From an uncultured Eubacteriales bacterium (GTDB lineage: Bacteria; Bacillota; Clostridia; Oscillospirales; Acutalibacteraceae): a stretch of DNA of 64,000 nt. Below, piece by piece: positions 1 to 10,666 of this stretch. The notes under the pieces were generated by a model, which did not search any database, was not told the DNA's origin, and worked only from the letters and a program-made list of their open reading frames with translations. The first letter of the stretch is position 1. Each line of letters begins with the position of its first letter. The DNA is taken from assembly GCA_934457115.1 (NCBI GenBank), contig CAKSHI010000006.1, positions 23,556-87,555 of the forward strand. The letters are read 5' to 3'. Made by a program: the position numbers and the translations under genes.

Positions 1-1020
1 ATCTAATCTATTTTCCAGTTCTTTTCCTGTGATACCTGTATTTCTTAGATCAAGTAACATTAAATGATTATCTGTCCCACCGCTTACTATTTTGTGTCCT
101 CTTTTTATAAGACCCTGCGATAAGGCCTTGGCATTTAGTACAACATTTTTTCCATATTCTTTAAACTTAGGGTCAAGTGCTTCTTTAAAGCAAACGGCCT
201 TTGCTGCTATTATATGCATTAGCGGTCCGCCTTGAGTTCCCGGGAAGATAGCCTTATCTATTTGTTTAGCATACTTTTCTTTGCATAGAATCATGCCGCC
301 TCTGGGACCTCTTAAGGTTTTGTGAGTGGTTGTTGTGACAAAGTCGGCAAAGGGTACAGGACTTGGATGAACACCTGCTGCGACAAGGCCTGCCACATGA
401 GCCATGTCTACCATAAGATAGGCATTACATTCATCTGCAATTTCTCTAAATTTTTTAAAATCTATTATTCTTGAATAAGCGCTTGCGCCACATACTATCA
501 TTTTAGGTTTTTCTTTTAATGCTAAATCCCTTACTTGTTCATAGTTTATTGTATGGGTTTTGGGGTCAACACCATAGGAAATAAAATTAAAATACTTTCC
601 TGAAATGTTTACAGGAGAACCATGGGTTAAGTGACCACCTTCTGATAAATTCATACCCATGATTTTGTCGCCGGGTTGGAGCATTGCAAAATATATGGCA
701 ATATTGGCTTGTGCCCCGGAATGAGGCTGAACATTTGCGTGTTCCGCCGAGAAAAGCTTACAAGCTCTTTTTCTTGCAATTTCTTCTATTACGTCGACGT
801 GTTCACATCCGCCATAATATCTCTTTGATGGATAACCTTCTGCATACTTGTTTGTTAGTATGCTTCCCATAGCGGCTAAAACTGCACTTGAGACGATGTT
901 TTCCGAAGCGATAAGCTCGAGGTTTTCTGATTGGCGCTTAAGCTCTGCATTGATCGCTTGAGCAATTTCAGCATCGTTTTCATTTAAAAGCTCCAGGCTT
1001 TCTTTAATTAACGTACTCAT
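1..1020 (-). CDS. glyA: Serine hydroxymethyltransferase (N-terminal ~340 codons; gene runs off the left edge)
   Basis: Reverse-strand translation from the ATG at complement 1018-1020 reads [41 protein letters not shown]. Complement of ~300-345 encodes [15 protein letters not shown], the PLP-lysine motif of SHMT. It is absent from the ORF track because it is open at the window edge. Confidence 0.93.
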   Translation of the reverse strand, partial: MSTLIKESLELLNENDAEIAQAINAELKRQSENLELIASENIVSSAVLAAMGSILTNKYAEGYPSKRYYGGCEHVDVIEEIARKRACKLFSAEHANVQPHSGAQANIAIYFAMLQPGDKIMGMNLSEGGHLTHGSPVNISGKYFNFISYGVDPKTHTINYEQVRDLALKEKPKMIVCGASAYSRIIDFKKFREIADECNAYLMVDMAHVAGLVAAGVHPSPVPFADFVTTTTHKTLRGPRGGMILCKEKYAKQIDKAIFPGTQGGPLMHIIAAKAVCFKEALDPKFKEYGKNVVLNAKALSQGLIKRGHKIVSGGTDNHLMLLDLRNTGITGKELENRLD

Positions 1021-1145
1021 AAAAATGTTATTCTCCTTCGATATTTTATATTTAGAATAAGTATATTATTTTTAATAGAAAATATCAACCACGAAATTAT
1101 TATTTTACATTAAAAATGGAGTTGTTCAAAAGTAAAATCAATTAA

Positions 1146-1179
1146 ATAAGCAGCAGAAATCAACTGCTGCTTATTTTTG
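1146..1179. terminator. Rho-independent-type hairpin between glyA start region and the GH25 gene 3' end
   Basis: ataagcagcag-aaatcaa-ctgctgcttat is a perfect 11-bp stem. It is flanked by A-run/T-run and lies 17 nt downstream of the GH25 stop on the minus strand. Confidence 0.6.
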
Positions 1180-1195
1180 AAAGTACATTGATATT

Positions 1196-2320
1196 TTAAG
1201 GAATGATTAAGGTTTGGCCGGGGTATATTGTATCATTTAAAAGGTTATTGGCATCTTTTATTTCTGCATATCTTGAACCGGAACCGAGGAATTTTTCAGC
1301 AATGCCCCATAAGGTATCCCCGGATACTACGGTATACGTGAACTGTTGAGAAGATGATGAATTAGTCGGTATAATTAATGCCTGACCCGGGTAGATTATA
1401 TCGCTTGAAAGACCGTTAGCAGCCTTTATTTCTGCATATCTTGAGCCGGAACCAAGGAATTTTTCGGCAATGCTCCATAGCGTGTCGCCGGACATGACAG
1501 TATAGGTAAATACTTCGGATGAAGAGCCTGCGGATGGTATAATCAAGACTTGACCCGGATATATTGTGTCGCTTGAGAGACCGTTAGCAACCTTTATTTC
1601 TGCATATCTTGAACCGGAACCTAGAAACTTCTCGGCAATATCCCATAGAGTATCTCCGGGAACCACTGTATAGGTGGTAGAAACAGGGATTACGGGTTTT
1701 AGAGATGAAGAGGCTTTATTAAGGCCTAAGTTAGAAATTATAGAGGGGTAATCCTTGTATGATTTATCGAGATCCACATCTCCGGATATACCATTAACGG
1801 AACCCGTTGAGGTGTATTGCCACATTCCAAAGTTGCCGGTATATGTTGGTGATTGTGCCCATTGAGCAAGCCATATATCAAATGTTGAAAGTCTGCTCAT
1901 ATCGAGGTAATTGTTTATAAAATTTAAGTTTGAATAAATACTTACATAGTAACCGGCCTTTTCTAAAATGTTGCAGAATGTTAAGGCTATGTCCGTTATA
2001 GTTTGGCGTCCAAGGGGGTACAATGAACTGTCTTCTATATCCAATACAACAGGATAACTGAATTCATATGGAGAAATTACATTTAAAAAGTGATTAGCCT
2101 CACTGATTGCTCCGGGAGAGGAAAGAGCGTAAGTATAATGGTAGGCTCCCGTCTTAATGTTTGTTTTAGCAATATTGGTCATGTTGTTGACAAACTGATT
2201 ATCTATTCCTGAGGAACCATAACTTGATCGTATGATTGCAAACTCTATATTGTCTGCTGATACATCATTCCAATTAATATATCCCTGCCATTGGGAAACG
2301 TCAATTCCTGAATATTCCAT
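1196..2320 (-). CDS. GH25 (Chalaropsis-type) muramidase with three C-terminal LysM domains; no signal peptide
   Basis: 374-aa ORF. The N-terminus (MEYSGIDVSQWQGYINWNDV..FAIIRSSYG..GAYHY..VLDIEDS) fits the GH25 lysozyme signature. The C-terminal half is 3x TYTV-x-GDTLW-x-IAEKFLGSGSRYAEIK-x-AN-x-L..IYPGQ-x-LIIP (LysM). Confidence 0.88.
   Translation of the reverse strand: MEYSGIDVSQWQGYINWNDVSADNIEFAIIRSSYGSSGIDNQFVNNMTNIAKTNIKTGAYHYTYALSSPGAISEANHFLNVISPYEFSYPVVLDIEDSSLYPLGRQTITDIALTFCNILEKAGYYVSIYSNLNFINNYLDMSRLSTFDIWLAQWAQSPTYTGNFGMWQYTSTGSVNGISGDVDLDKSYKDYPSIISNLGLNKASSSLKPVIPVSTTYTVVPGDTLWDIAEKFLGSGSRYAEIKVANGLSSDTIYPGQVLIIPSAGSSSEVFTYTVMSGDTLWSIAEKFLGSGSRYAEIKAANGLSSDIIYPGQALIIPTNSSSSQQFTYTVVSGDTLWGIAEKFLGSGSRYAEIKDANNLLNDTIYPGQTLIIP
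1199..1675 (-). repeat. 168-nt (56-codon) tandem coding repeat x3 (LysM modules)
   Basis: The string tttatttctgcata recurs at 1257, 1425 and 1593, exactly 168 nt apart. The flanks are highly similar. Confidence 0.85.
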
Positions 2321-2478
2321 AAATCAACCTCCACTTATTATTTGCTGCACTAATATTTATATTATTCTATATCATATATATGTGTGAATTAATGATAATG
2401 CAGTCGATACTGATTATTTATGATTTTGCCTGCTCAGACGCAAAACACTATGAAACTAAAAAATTGGTGTAATAAGTG

Positions 2479-2507
2479 TTGACATTTGGTATGGTTAGTG
2501 TTAAAAT
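2479..2507 (+). promoter_or_regulatory. Sigma-A-type promoter of the infC-rpmI-rplT operon
   Basis: TTGACA (2479-2484), 17-nt spacer, TAAAAT (2502-2507). Confidence 0.55.
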
Positions 2508-2653
2508 AGAAAAAGTAAAAGTGAAGTAGAGCGAGCAGACTCTCACCTATGGGGTATCGTCCGGCATGGGTCAATATGTTTAAAACTCTTAGTTTTGGGT
2601 TTTTATCTATTGATGATTATGTACGGGCGCTTTAGTGCCCGTACTTTATTTTT
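2508..2653 (+). promoter_or_regulatory. L20-leader-like 5' leader ending in an intrinsic terminator (attenuator) upstream of infC
   Basis: This is a relatively GC-rich ~145-nt leader between the promoter and the infC RBS. It ends in gtacgggc-gctttagt-gcccgtac followed by tttattttt (2621-2653). Position and architecture match the Firmicutes L20 autoregulatory leader. Conserved leader helices were not verified. Confidence 0.5.
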
Positions 2654-2679
2654 AACAATATTTTTGGAGGTGCTTAATC

Positions 2680-3198
2680 ATTAGCAATAAGGAACTACAG
2701 ATTAACGAAGAAATTCGAGACAAAGAAGTGCGATTAATCGATTCAGATTCTTCTCAACTTGGCATAATGCCATTAAATTTAGCTATGGAAAAAGCTATTA
2801 GTAAGAATTTAGACTTAGTAAAAATTGCAGCTCATGCTAATCCGCCTGTATGCAAAATAATGGATTACGGTAAGTACCGATTTGAGCAGGCTAAAAAAGA
2901 AAAAGAAGCTAAAAAGAATCAACACGTGACAGCTATTAAGGAGATAAGATTATCTCTTAATATTGATGTGCATGATTTTAATACTAAATTAAACCAGGCA
3001 GCTAAATTTATAAAGCAAGGAAACAAAGTAAAACTTTCTATAAGATTCAGAGGAAGAGAAATGGGTCACCCTGAACAGGGATATGACATTATGGAAAGAT
3101 TTTCAAAGGAAGCTTCGGAATTTTCTCAAATAGAAAAGCCGGCAAAGTTAGAAGGACGCACTATGCTTATGTTCCTGGCACCTAAAACAAATAAGTAA
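2680..3198 (+). CDS. infC: Translation initiation factor IF-3, probable ATT (AUU) start
   Basis: The ORF-track protein (RLIDSDSSQLGIMPLNLAMEKA...) is IF-3. The frame stays open upstream to ATT at 2680 (ISNKELQINEEIRDKEV), 9 nt after GGAGG (2666-2670). AUU initiation is the classic infC autoregulatory feature. Confidence 0.9.
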   Translation: MSNKELQINEEIRDKEVRLIDSDSSQLGIMPLNLAMEKAISKNLDLVKIAAHANPPVCKIMDYGKYRFEQAKKEKEAKKNQHVTAIKEIRLSLNIDVHDFNTKLNQAAKFIKQGNKVKLSIRFRGREMGHPEQGYDIMERFSKEASEFSQIEKPAKLEGRTMLMFLAPKTNK

Positions 3199-3225
3199 TA
3201 CATTTTTTCAAGGAGGAGCATTAAT

Positions 3226-3423
3226 ATGCCTAAAATTAAAACTCACAGCGGTGCAAAAAAGCGCTTTAAACTTTCAAAGAATGGTAAAGTAATCCGTGCG
3301 CACGCTAATAAATCACACATACTTAACAAAAAAACAACTAAGCGTAAAAGAGGTCTTAGAAAGACAGTAGTAGCTGATAAAACCAATGTGGCTCAAGTAA
3401 AGAGACTTATACCATATAAATAA
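3226..3423 (+). CDS. rpmI: 50S ribosomal protein L35
   Basis: [22 protein letters not shown]... 65 aa, basic, in the canonical position after infC. Confidence 0.95.
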   Translation: MPKIKTHSGAKKRFKLSKNGKVIRAHANKSHILNKKTTKRKRGLRKTVVADKTNVAQVKRLIPYK

Positions 3424-3472
3424 GTTTTATTATGCATTAATAAAAATATAACCGTTAATTGGAGGAATATAA

Positions 3473-3826
3473 ATGGCACGTGTAAAAGGTGCGTTAGCAA
3501 CACGCAAAAGAAGAAAAAAGACTTTAAAATTAGCTAAAGGATATTATGGAGCAAAGAGTAAGCATTTTAAAATGGCTAAAGAAGCTGTTATGAAATCAGG
3601 CAACTATGCTTATATTGGCCGTAGACATAGAAAACGTGATTTCCGTCGTTTATGGATCACACGTATTTCTGCAGCTTGTAAAATGAATGATACTAACTAC
3701 TCAACTTTCATGAATGGTCTAAAAAAAGCTAACATCAACTTAAACCGTAAAATGCTAGCTGAAATAGCAGTATCCGACTCTCAAGCTTTTGCAAATCTTG
3801 TAGAACAAGCAAAGGCTGCTATATAA
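3473..3826 (+). CDS. rplT: 50S ribosomal protein L20
   Basis: [29 protein letters not shown]... 117 aa. Confidence 0.95.
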   Translation: MARVKGALATRKRRKKTLKLAKGYYGAKSKHFKMAKEAVMKSGNYAYIGRRHRKRDFRRLWITRISAACKMNDTNYSTFMNGLKKANINLNRKMLAEIAVSDSQAFANLVEQAKAAI

Positions 3827-3837
3827 AATTTGCTTTT

Positions 3838-3874
3838 GCGCCCGGAAATATTAGCCCCGGGCGCTAATTTTATT
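3838..3874 (+). terminator. Intrinsic terminator after rplT
   Basis: gcgcccgg (3838-3845) pairs with ccgggcgc (3857-3864), followed by taattttatt. Confidence 0.75.
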
Positions 3875-4218
3875 AGTAAAATAAGTATAAGGTGATGGTA
3901 GTTAATGGAAACAACATCATTTTTTGGCACTTCAAAAGTCGCAGGGATAAAATCTGCAGCAATTTTTGGGGTTTCCGATAATGCCATATCAAGAAAGTCT
4001 CTATACAACGGAAGAACAGCCGGGGATATAAAAGTGAAAAACACAACAAAGAAAGAAGTTATTCCCTTAATTGTTTTGAAGACACTTGGTGCCATACAAT
4101 CTTAATAAATTGTTTTTATATTTGTAGCAGATAGATTAGAGCTTTGTTGTATATAGTCAACTTATCTAGTATGCCTTTAGACAAGCTGACTATATACCAT
4201 ATCAAAGAAAGGGTTAGG

Positions 4219-5019
4219 ATGGAAAACACAGTAACAAGTCGTGAAAATAAGATTATAAAGAGTGCAATTAAGGTTTCTTCCTCTTCAAAAGAAAGAAAAG
4301 AAAAAAGGTTGTTTTTTATAGAGGGTTTACGACTTTCTTTAGACGCACTTCAAAGTAATATATATATAGAAAAATTTTTTTATACAAAAAAAGCAAGAGA
4401 AAAATGGCAGGAATCTATAGCACTTTTAAAGGATAGTGCTTGTCAATCGTACATAATAGATGAAGGTATTTCTTCGTATTTGTCAGATACGAAGACACCT
4501 CAAGGGGTATTTTGTATTTGTAGAGTGCTTGACAAACAGTTTGATTTAGATAAAATAGGAAATAGAAGACTGATAATTGCTCTTGAAAATATTCAGGATC
4601 CTTCAAATATGGGATCCATTATAAGAACAGCCGAGGCATTAGGAATAAATGCGTTGATGCTTTCAAATGATTGCTGCGATATATATAGCCCTAAGGTACT
4701 AAGAGGAAGTATGGGCGGAGTTTTTAGGATGGACTTTTTTAAAGTCGATTCCTTTAAAGATACAATATGTAAGTTAAATCATATGGGGATAAAAACTTAT
4801 GCATCCGTACCTAGTGACAGTGCTGAAAAAATCACAAAAATCTCTTTTTCAAGTTCGCCAAGTTTAGTGGCTATTGGAAATGAGGGGAATGGTCTTAAAA
4901 AGGAGACAATAGATGTTTGCAGCCAAAGGGTAACTATTCCAATGTTAGGCAGAGCGGAATCTTTAAATGCATCAGTTGCGGCATCTATTATTATGTGGGA
5001 AATGACTCGAAATCGATAG
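4219..5019 (+). CDS. TrmH/SpoU-family RNA 2'-O-methyltransferase
   Basis: Motifs ALENIQDPSNMGSIIRTAEALG, IGNEGNGL and IPMLGRAESLNASVAASIIMWE. The start is moved to the ATG at 4219 (MENTVTSRENKII), preceded by gaaagggttagg. The ORF track starts at 4144. Confidence 0.85.
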   Translation: MENTVTSRENKIIKSAIKVSSSSKERKEKRLFFIEGLRLSLDALQSNIYIEKFFYTKKAREKWQESIALLKDSACQSYIIDEGISSYLSDTKTPQGVFCICRVLDKQFDLDKIGNRRLIIALENIQDPSNMGSIIRTAEALGINALMLSNDCCDIYSPKVLRGSMGGVFRMDFFKVDSFKDTICKLNHMGIKTYASVPSDSAEKITKISFSSSPSLVAIGNEGNGLKKETIDVCSQRVTIPMLGRAESLNASVAASIIMWEMTRNR

Positions 5020-5032
5020 GAGGCATTTTTAT

Positions 5033-6220
5033 TTGGATAGTAAAAAACTTTATTGGATTTGGGCCCAAATGGCACTGGGTATTGCAAGCAAAAAGGCAAG
5101 AGATGTTCTTGAGTGTTATAACAATGATATTGAGGCCTTCTATAAAGACGGTGAGAGAGGCTGGCGGCTTTGTGGCTTTCTCACAAATAAAAATATAGAT
5201 AATCTTAAAGATGAGAAGTTTATGGATTCGGCCAAGCAAGTTATATCTAAATGCGAGAAACTTGGACATGATATACTTACGCTTGATGAAGATAGATATC
5301 CTAAAAAGTTAAAGAATATATATAATCCGCCACTTGTTTTATATGTAAGCGGGAGCTTGAATGGTATAGACGATAGTATTTCGATAGCTATTGTAGGAAC
5401 GAGGACAGCCACTCAAAGTGGGCTTGATATTACTTTTAATTTTGCTTATGATTTAGCTAAGAATAATTGTATTGTAATAAGTGGTGGTGCACTTGGCATA
5501 GATTCAGCTTCGCACAAAGGAGCCTTGCAAGCTAATGGAGAGACTATATCCGTATTGGGTTGCGGATTAAACTATCCCTATTTGCCAAAGCTTCTTTCAA
5601 TGAGAAATGCGATTGCTAAAAATGGTGCCCTTGTTTCTGAATATCCGCCGGATTATCCACCACTTCCCGGAAATTTTCCCAAAAGGAATAGAATAATTTC
5701 CGGCTTATCAAACGGAGTATTGGTAGTAGAAGCAGGAAAAAGAAGCGGTTCATTGATTACTGCAAATCTAGCACTTGAGCAAAATAGAGATGTCTTTGCA
5801 GTTCCTGGTGATATTAGAACTGCTACGGCGGACGGGACCAACGCATTGATAAAAGAAGGTGCTAAGCCTGTTACTTGTGTAAAGGATATCTTAGATGAGT
5901 ATATAAATATTGATAGATACATAGAGAGCAGTAAGGTACAGCACGAAGAAATTCCGTTTAAAAAGGACACAAATGATAATACAAAAAGTAATAAGGTTAA
6001 GGATAAGGTTAAAGAAGAAATAAAAGAAAAAATTTTACCTGACAAAATTTCTGAAAACGCTAAAGTAATTTATAATATACTTTCTAAGGAGCCTATTTAT
6101 ATAGATGAAATAGCAATGAAATGCAATTTGAGTTTAAAATCTGTTCTCCAGGCAATTACAGAGCTTGAGCTTTATGGCTTAATAAATTCTCATTCAGGAA
6201 AAAGATATACTAAGGATTAA
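5033..6220 (+). CDS. dprA: DNA processing protein DprA (Smf)
   Basis: IAIVGTRTATQSGLDITFNFAYDLAKNNCIVISGGALGIDSASHKGAL...RNRIISGLS. Conserved dprA-topA neighbourhood. Confidence 0.9.
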   Translation: MDSKKLYWIWAQMALGIASKKARDVLECYNNDIEAFYKDGERGWRLCGFLTNKNIDNLKDEKFMDSAKQVISKCEKLGHDILTLDEDRYPKKLKNIYNPPLVLYVSGSLNGIDDSISIAIVGTRTATQSGLDITFNFAYDLAKNNCIVISGGALGIDSASHKGALQANGETISVLGCGLNYPYLPKLLSMRNAIAKNGALVSEYPPDYPPLPGNFPKRNRIISGLSNGVLVVEAGKRSGSLITANLALEQNRDVFAVPGDIRTATADGTNALIKEGAKPVTCVKDILDEYINIDRYIESSKVQHEEIPFKKDTNDNTKSNKVKDKVKEEIKEKILPDKISENAKVIYNILSKEPIYIDEIAMKCNLSLKSVLQAITELELYGLINSHSGKRYTKD

Positions 6221-6246
6221 AGATACTACAATTTGGAGGATGAAGG

Positions 6247-8337
6247 TTGATGTCTAAATTAATAATTGTTGAGTCACCTGCAAAAGCAAAGACAATAAAA
6301 AAGTATCTAGGCGACGGTTATGAGGTCATAGCATCGATGGGCCATGTTAGAGATTTGGCCAAAAGTAAACTAAGTGTAGATGTTGAAAACAATTTTGAGC
6401 CTAAATACAGTATAATAAGAGGAAAAAGTCAACTCGTAAAGGAACTAAAAAAAGCTGCCCAAAAAAGCGAAAAAGTTTTCTTGGCAACTGACCCTGATAG
6501 AGAGGGTGAAGCGATATCATGGCATTTGGCGTATGTCCTAAATCTTGATACTGCAGAAAAAAACAGGGTTACCTTTAACGAGATTACAAAAACAGGAGTT
6601 ACGACAGGTATGTCTAACCCTAAAAAGATAGATATTGATTTAGTAAATGCTCAGCAGGCAAGAAGAGTTTTAGACAGGTTAGTTGGATATAAATTAAGCC
6701 CTTTCCTATCACAAAAGATTAGAAAAGGCCTATCGGCCGGACGTGTACAGTCCGTCGCAATGAGGATAATAGTAGACAGAGAAGAAGAAATTAGGGCATT
6801 TGTTCCCGAAGAATACTGGACTATAGACTGCAAGTTTATACCAAAGGGTCAAAGGAAGTCCTTTGACGCATATCTTCACAGCAAAAACGGCGAAAAAATA
6901 AAAATATCATCAGAGCAAGAAGCTAATGCTATATTAAAAGACTTAGACGGAAGTAATTATGTAGTTGATAAGGTAAAAAAGGGGAAAAAGCAAATTTCTC
7001 CTGCACCTCCTTTTATAACATCGACTTTGCAACAGGATGCTTCGAGGAAATTGGGCTTTACGGCGAAAAAAACCATGAAAATTGCGCAGGAATTATATGA
7101 AGGCGTAGAAGTCCTTAATATAGGTGCAGTAGGTTTAATTACTTATATGAGAACTGACTCTTTAAGAATATCAGACGATGCGCTCAATTCGGCTCACGAC
7201 TTTATTTTGGGTAAATGGGGAGATGAATATTTGCCCGCAAAACCCAGAAGATTCAAAACAAAGGCCTCAGCTCAAGACGGGCACGAAGCAATAAGACCAA
7301 CAATGCCGGATTTGCCGCCGGAGAAAGTTCAGGGTTCACTCTCTGCGGATCAGTATAAATTATACAAATTGATTTGGGAAAGATTTATAGCATCTCAAAT
7401 GGCCAATTGTATTCATGACACAGTAAGTATAGATATAGAGGCTAACGGCTATATATTTAAAGCTTCCGGGTATACGGTTAGATTTGATGGATTTACAGTA
7501 CTTTACCAAGAGTCAAAGGATCAAAAAGAGGGCAAGGATGAAAAAGCCAAGGAGCTACCCAATCTTAATGAGGGCGATAGTTTGAAACTCAAAGAGATAG
7601 TACCCAATCAACACTTTACACAGCCACCACCGAGATATACTGAAGCAAGCCTTATCAAGACATTGGAAGGTAACGGCATAGGAAGGCCTTCGACATATGC
7701 TACAGTTATATCAACTATAACGTCTAGGGAGTATGTTACAAAAGAGGCCAAGACTTTAAAGCCTACGGAACTTGGTGAGGTTACAACAAATTTGATAAAA
7801 GAGCGTTTCCCAAAGATTGTGAATGTTAAGTTTACTGCACAAATGGAAAAGGATTTGGATACTATAGCTGAGGGTAAAGAAGGCTGGACTGATGTACTGG
7901 ATAATTTTTACGGCGATTTTTCCAAAACCTTAGAAAAAGCAAAACAGGAAATGGAAGGCGTAAAAATTCAGCTTAAAGAGTATGAGACTGATATAGTTTG
8001 CGAAAAATGCGGCAAGAAAATGGTTATAAAATACGGCAGGTATGGAAAATTTATTGGTTGCTCCGGATATCCTGAATGTACTAATATAAAAAAGATTGTT
8101 AATGAGACAGGTGCTAAATGTCCTAAGTGTGGTGGAAAAATTATTGAAAAGAAGTCCAAAAGAGGAAGAATTTTTTACGGATGCGAAAACTATCCTAAAT
8201 GTGACTTCGCTTCATGGGATCAGCCGACTAAGGAAGTATGCCCTAAATGCGGCAAAGCTTTATTCAAAAAGAAGGGCAAAAATAAAAAGCTATTCTGCAT
8301 CACTGAAGGATGCGGTTACGAGAAAGAGGAATCATGA
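6247..8337 (+). CDS. topA: DNA topoisomerase I
   Basis: [20 protein letters not shown] (TOPRIM), ITYMRTDS (active-site Tyr region), and C-terminal CxxC zinc ribbons. 696 aa. The ATG at 6250 is an alternative start. Confidence 0.95.
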   Translation: MMSKLIIVESPAKAKTIKKYLGDGYEVIASMGHVRDLAKSKLSVDVENNFEPKYSIIRGKSQLVKELKKAAQKSEKVFLATDPDREGEAISWHLAYVLNLDTAEKNRVTFNEITKTGVTTGMSNPKKIDIDLVNAQQARRVLDRLVGYKLSPFLSQKIRKGLSAGRVQSVAMRIIVDREEEIRAFVPEEYWTIDCKFIPKGQRKSFDAYLHSKNGEKIKISSEQEANAILKDLDGSNYVVDKVKKGKKQISPAPPFITSTLQQDASRKLGFTAKKTMKIAQELYEGVEVLNIGAVGLITYMRTDSLRISDDALNSAHDFILGKWGDEYLPAKPRRFKTKASAQDGHEAIRPTMPDLPPEKVQGSLSADQYKLYKLIWERFIASQMANCIHDTVSIDIEANGYIFKASGYTVRFDGFTVLYQESKDQKEGKDEKAKELPNLNEGDSLKLKEIVPNQHFTQPPPRYTEASLIKTLEGNGIGRPSTYATVISTITSREYVTKEAKTLKPTELGEVTTNLIKERFPKIVNVKFTAQMEKDLDTIAEGKEGWTDVLDNFYGDFSKTLEKAKQEMEGVKIQLKEYETDIVCEKCGKKMVIKYGRYGKFIGCSGYPECTNIKKIVNETGAKCPKCGGKIIEKKSKRGRIFYGCENYPKCDFASWDQPTKEVCPKCGKALFKKKGKNKKLFCITEGCGYEKEES

Positions 8338-9653
8338 ATATAAATGTTATTGGTGCAGGACTTGCAGGCTGTGAAGCGGCATTCTATATAGCTAAGAAAG
8401 GGGTACCCGTCACCCTTTATGAGATGAAGCCCAAAAAGTTTAGCCCTGCACATAAAAATAAAAATTTTGCAGAGCTTGTATGCTCGAATTCATTAAAGGC
8501 TAAAAGATTAGAAAGTGCAGCAGGGCTTTTAAAAGAAGAAATGAGAATGTTTGGGTCACTTCTTATGGAGTGTGCCGATTTATGTGAGGTCCCTGCGGGA
8601 GGGGCTTTGGCTGTCGATCGAGAGAAATTTTCTCAAGAGGTCACTAAAAGGATAAGGGAAAATCCCTATATAACAGTAGTTGAAGAGGAAATATGTGAGC
8701 TCCCTCAAGACAGCATAAATATAATAGCAACAGGTCCTCTTACATCTGATAAGTTTGCTGAGAATATATCAAAACTTTGTGGCGGTTTTCTAAGTTTTTT
8801 TGATGCGGCCGCTCCAATAGTTACTGCTCAAAGTATAGATTTCAATAATGCCTTCTTTGCATCCAGGTACGATAAAGGTGATACGGACGACTATATTAAT
8901 TGCCCAATGAACAAGGAAGAATATGAGAAGTTTTATAATGAGATTCTAAATGCAGAGCGTGCAGAGGTACACGAGTTTGATAAGGCAAATCCAAAGGTAT
9001 ATGAAGGCTGTATGCCTGTCGAAGTTATGGCCGGCAGAGGGATAGATACTTTAAGATTTGGCCCCTTAAAACCGGTAGGTCTAAGGGATCCCAAGACGGG
9101 TCACAGACCTTGGGCTGTAGTGCAGCTTAGGAAAGAAAACAAAGAAGCTTCCCTTTACAATTTGGTTGGTTTTCAAACTAACTTAAAGTTTGGTGAACAA
9201 AAGAGGGTCTTTAGCATGATTCCGGCACTTTCCAATGCGGAGTTTATGCGCTATGGAGTTATGCATAGAAATACGTTTATCGACTCTCCAAGGCTTTTAA
9301 ATAAGAATTTAAGCTTAAAAAGCAATAATGATATATTTTTTGCAGGTCAAATTACCGGAGTAGAAGGTTATATGGAATCAGCGTCTTCCGGGATTTTGGC
9401 AGCCATTAATGCTCTTAACAGGCTTTTTAATAGAGAGTATTTTGTGTTGCCAAGGGAAACTATGATGGGGGCCCTCACTGATTATATAACAGATGATACC
9501 GTATCAAGATTTCAGCCCATGGGTGCTAATTTCGGTATATTGCCGTCGCTTGAAAATAATATAAGAGATAAAAAGCAAAGATATCTTGCTTTAGCAAATA
9601 GAAGTATAGAAAGATTAAGAGAGATACTCATAAATCAAAAGGAGCAAATATGA
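8334..9653 (+). CDS. trmFO: Methylenetetrahydrofolate--tRNA-(uracil54-C5)-methyltransferase TrmFO
   Basis: [33 protein letters not shown]... The ATG at 8334 overlaps the topA stop (ATGA). Confidence 0.92.
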   Translation: MNINVIGAGLAGCEAAFYIAKKGVPVTLYEMKPKKFSPAHKNKNFAELVCSNSLKAKRLESAAGLLKEEMRMFGSLLMECADLCEVPAGGALAVDREKFSQEVTKRIRENPYITVVEEEICELPQDSINIIATGPLTSDKFAENISKLCGGFLSFFDAAAPIVTAQSIDFNNAFFASRYDKGDTDDYINCPMNKEEYEKFYNEILNAERAEVHEFDKANPKVYEGCMPVEVMAGRGIDTLRFGPLKPVGLRDPKTGHRPWAVVQLRKENKEASLYNLVGFQTNLKFGEQKRVFSMIPALSNAEFMRYGVMHRNTFIDSPRLLNKNLSLKSNNDIFFAGQITGVEGYMESASSGILAAINALNRLFNREYFVLPRETMMGALTDYITDDTVSRFQPMGANFGILPSLENNIRDKKQRYLALANRSIERLREILINQKEQI

Positions 9654-10666
9654 AAATAATAGTTGACGCATTTGGTGGGGACAATGCACCTCTTGAGATA
9701 ATAAAGGGTGCTGCCATGGCAGTGGAAGAGTATGGTTTTGAAATAATGCTCGTAGGCAATGAAAAGGAAATAAGGGATATATCAAAAAGAGAGAGTATAT
9801 CGCTTAAAAACATTGAAATAGTTCATGCAGATGATGTAATAACGATGGAAGATGCAGCCGGGGACATAATGAAATCTAAGAAAAACTCTTCTATGGCAGA
9901 AGGTTTGAGAAGACTTAAAAATAACGAGGGTGATGCATTTATTTCAGCCGGTAACAGTGGTGCTTTAGTTGTAGGAGCTACAATGATAGTAAAAAGGATT
10001 AAAGGAATCAAAAGGCCGGCCTTTGCACCTGTTATGCCTAAAGAAAATGGTTTCCTTATGCTTATAGACAGTGGGGCTAACATAGACTGCAGACCCGAAA
10101 TGTTAAGGCAATTTGGAATCATGGGATCTATATACATGAAAGATGTTATGGGAGTGGAAAATCCAAGAGTAGGCCTTGCTAATGTAGGAGTTGAAGAACA
10201 TAAGGGTTCAGAACTTCAACAAAAAGCGTATAGCTTGCTAAAGGACACTAACGTCAATTTTGTGGGCAATGTTGAAGCAAGAGAAATACCTCAAGATGCT
10301 TGCGATGTTGTTGTAGCAGACGGATTTACCGGCAATATTATTTTAAAAATGTATGAGGGTGTTGCTATAACATTAATGAATAAAATAAAAGGTGTATTTA
10401 CCCAAAATATAAAAACTAAATTGGCAGCAGCCTTGGTCCTTCCTGAGATGAAAGAACTTAAAAAACAAACAGACTACAATGAGTTCGGCGGGGCACCCAT
10501 TATGGGGATTTCAAAGCCGGTATTCAAGGCCCACGGTAGTTCAAAGGCTAAGACGATTAAAAATGCTTTAAGGCTTACAGCGCTATATGTACAAGGGGAT
10601 GTAGTTGGCAAAATAGAAAGAGAAGTTAGTAGACTTGAAAATGTAAATCAACAAGGAGAGTTATAA
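9650..10666 (+). CDS. plsX: Phosphate acyltransferase PlsX
   Basis: [14 protein letters not shown]...[11 protein letters not shown]. The start overlaps the trmFO stop. Confidence 0.93.
   Translation: MKIIVDAFGGDNAPLEIIKGAAMAVEEYGFEIMLVGNEKEIRDISKRESISLKNIEIVHADDVITMEDAAGDIMKSKKNSSMAEGLRRLKNNEGDAFISAGNSGALVVGATMIVKRIKGIKRPAFAPVMPKENGFLMLIDSGANIDCRPEMLRQFGIMGSIYMKDVMGVENPRVGLANVGVEEHKGSELQQKAYSLLKDTNVNFVGNVEAREIPQDACDVVVADGFTGNIILKMYEGVAITLMNKIKGVFTQNIKTKLAAALVLPEMKELKKQTDYNEFGGAPIMGISKPVFKAHGSSKAKTIKNALRLTALYVQGDVVGKIEREVSRLENVNQQGEL

Noticed and set aside
684-872. 62-aa + strand ORF.
   Set aside because: It lies antisense within glyA, whose reverse-strand translation shows unmistakable SHMT motifs.
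1196-2320. Considered calling a prophage or prophage remnant because of the leaderless GH25 endolysin-like gene.
   Set aside because: There are no holin, integrase, capsid or tail genes or att-like repeats nearby, and both flanks are core genes. It is reported only as an isolated endolysin-like gene.
3781-4105. Overlapping ORF pair (3905-4105 +, 66 aa; 3781-4095 -, 104 aa) in the 340-nt gap between rplT and the TrmH-family gene.
   Set aside because: The minus ORF runs through the rplT terminator into rplT. The plus ORF has a weak AAGGTGA SD but no recognisable family. Neither can be supported from sequence alone. The region could be a small unknown gene, a gene remnant or a leader, so it is left unannotated.
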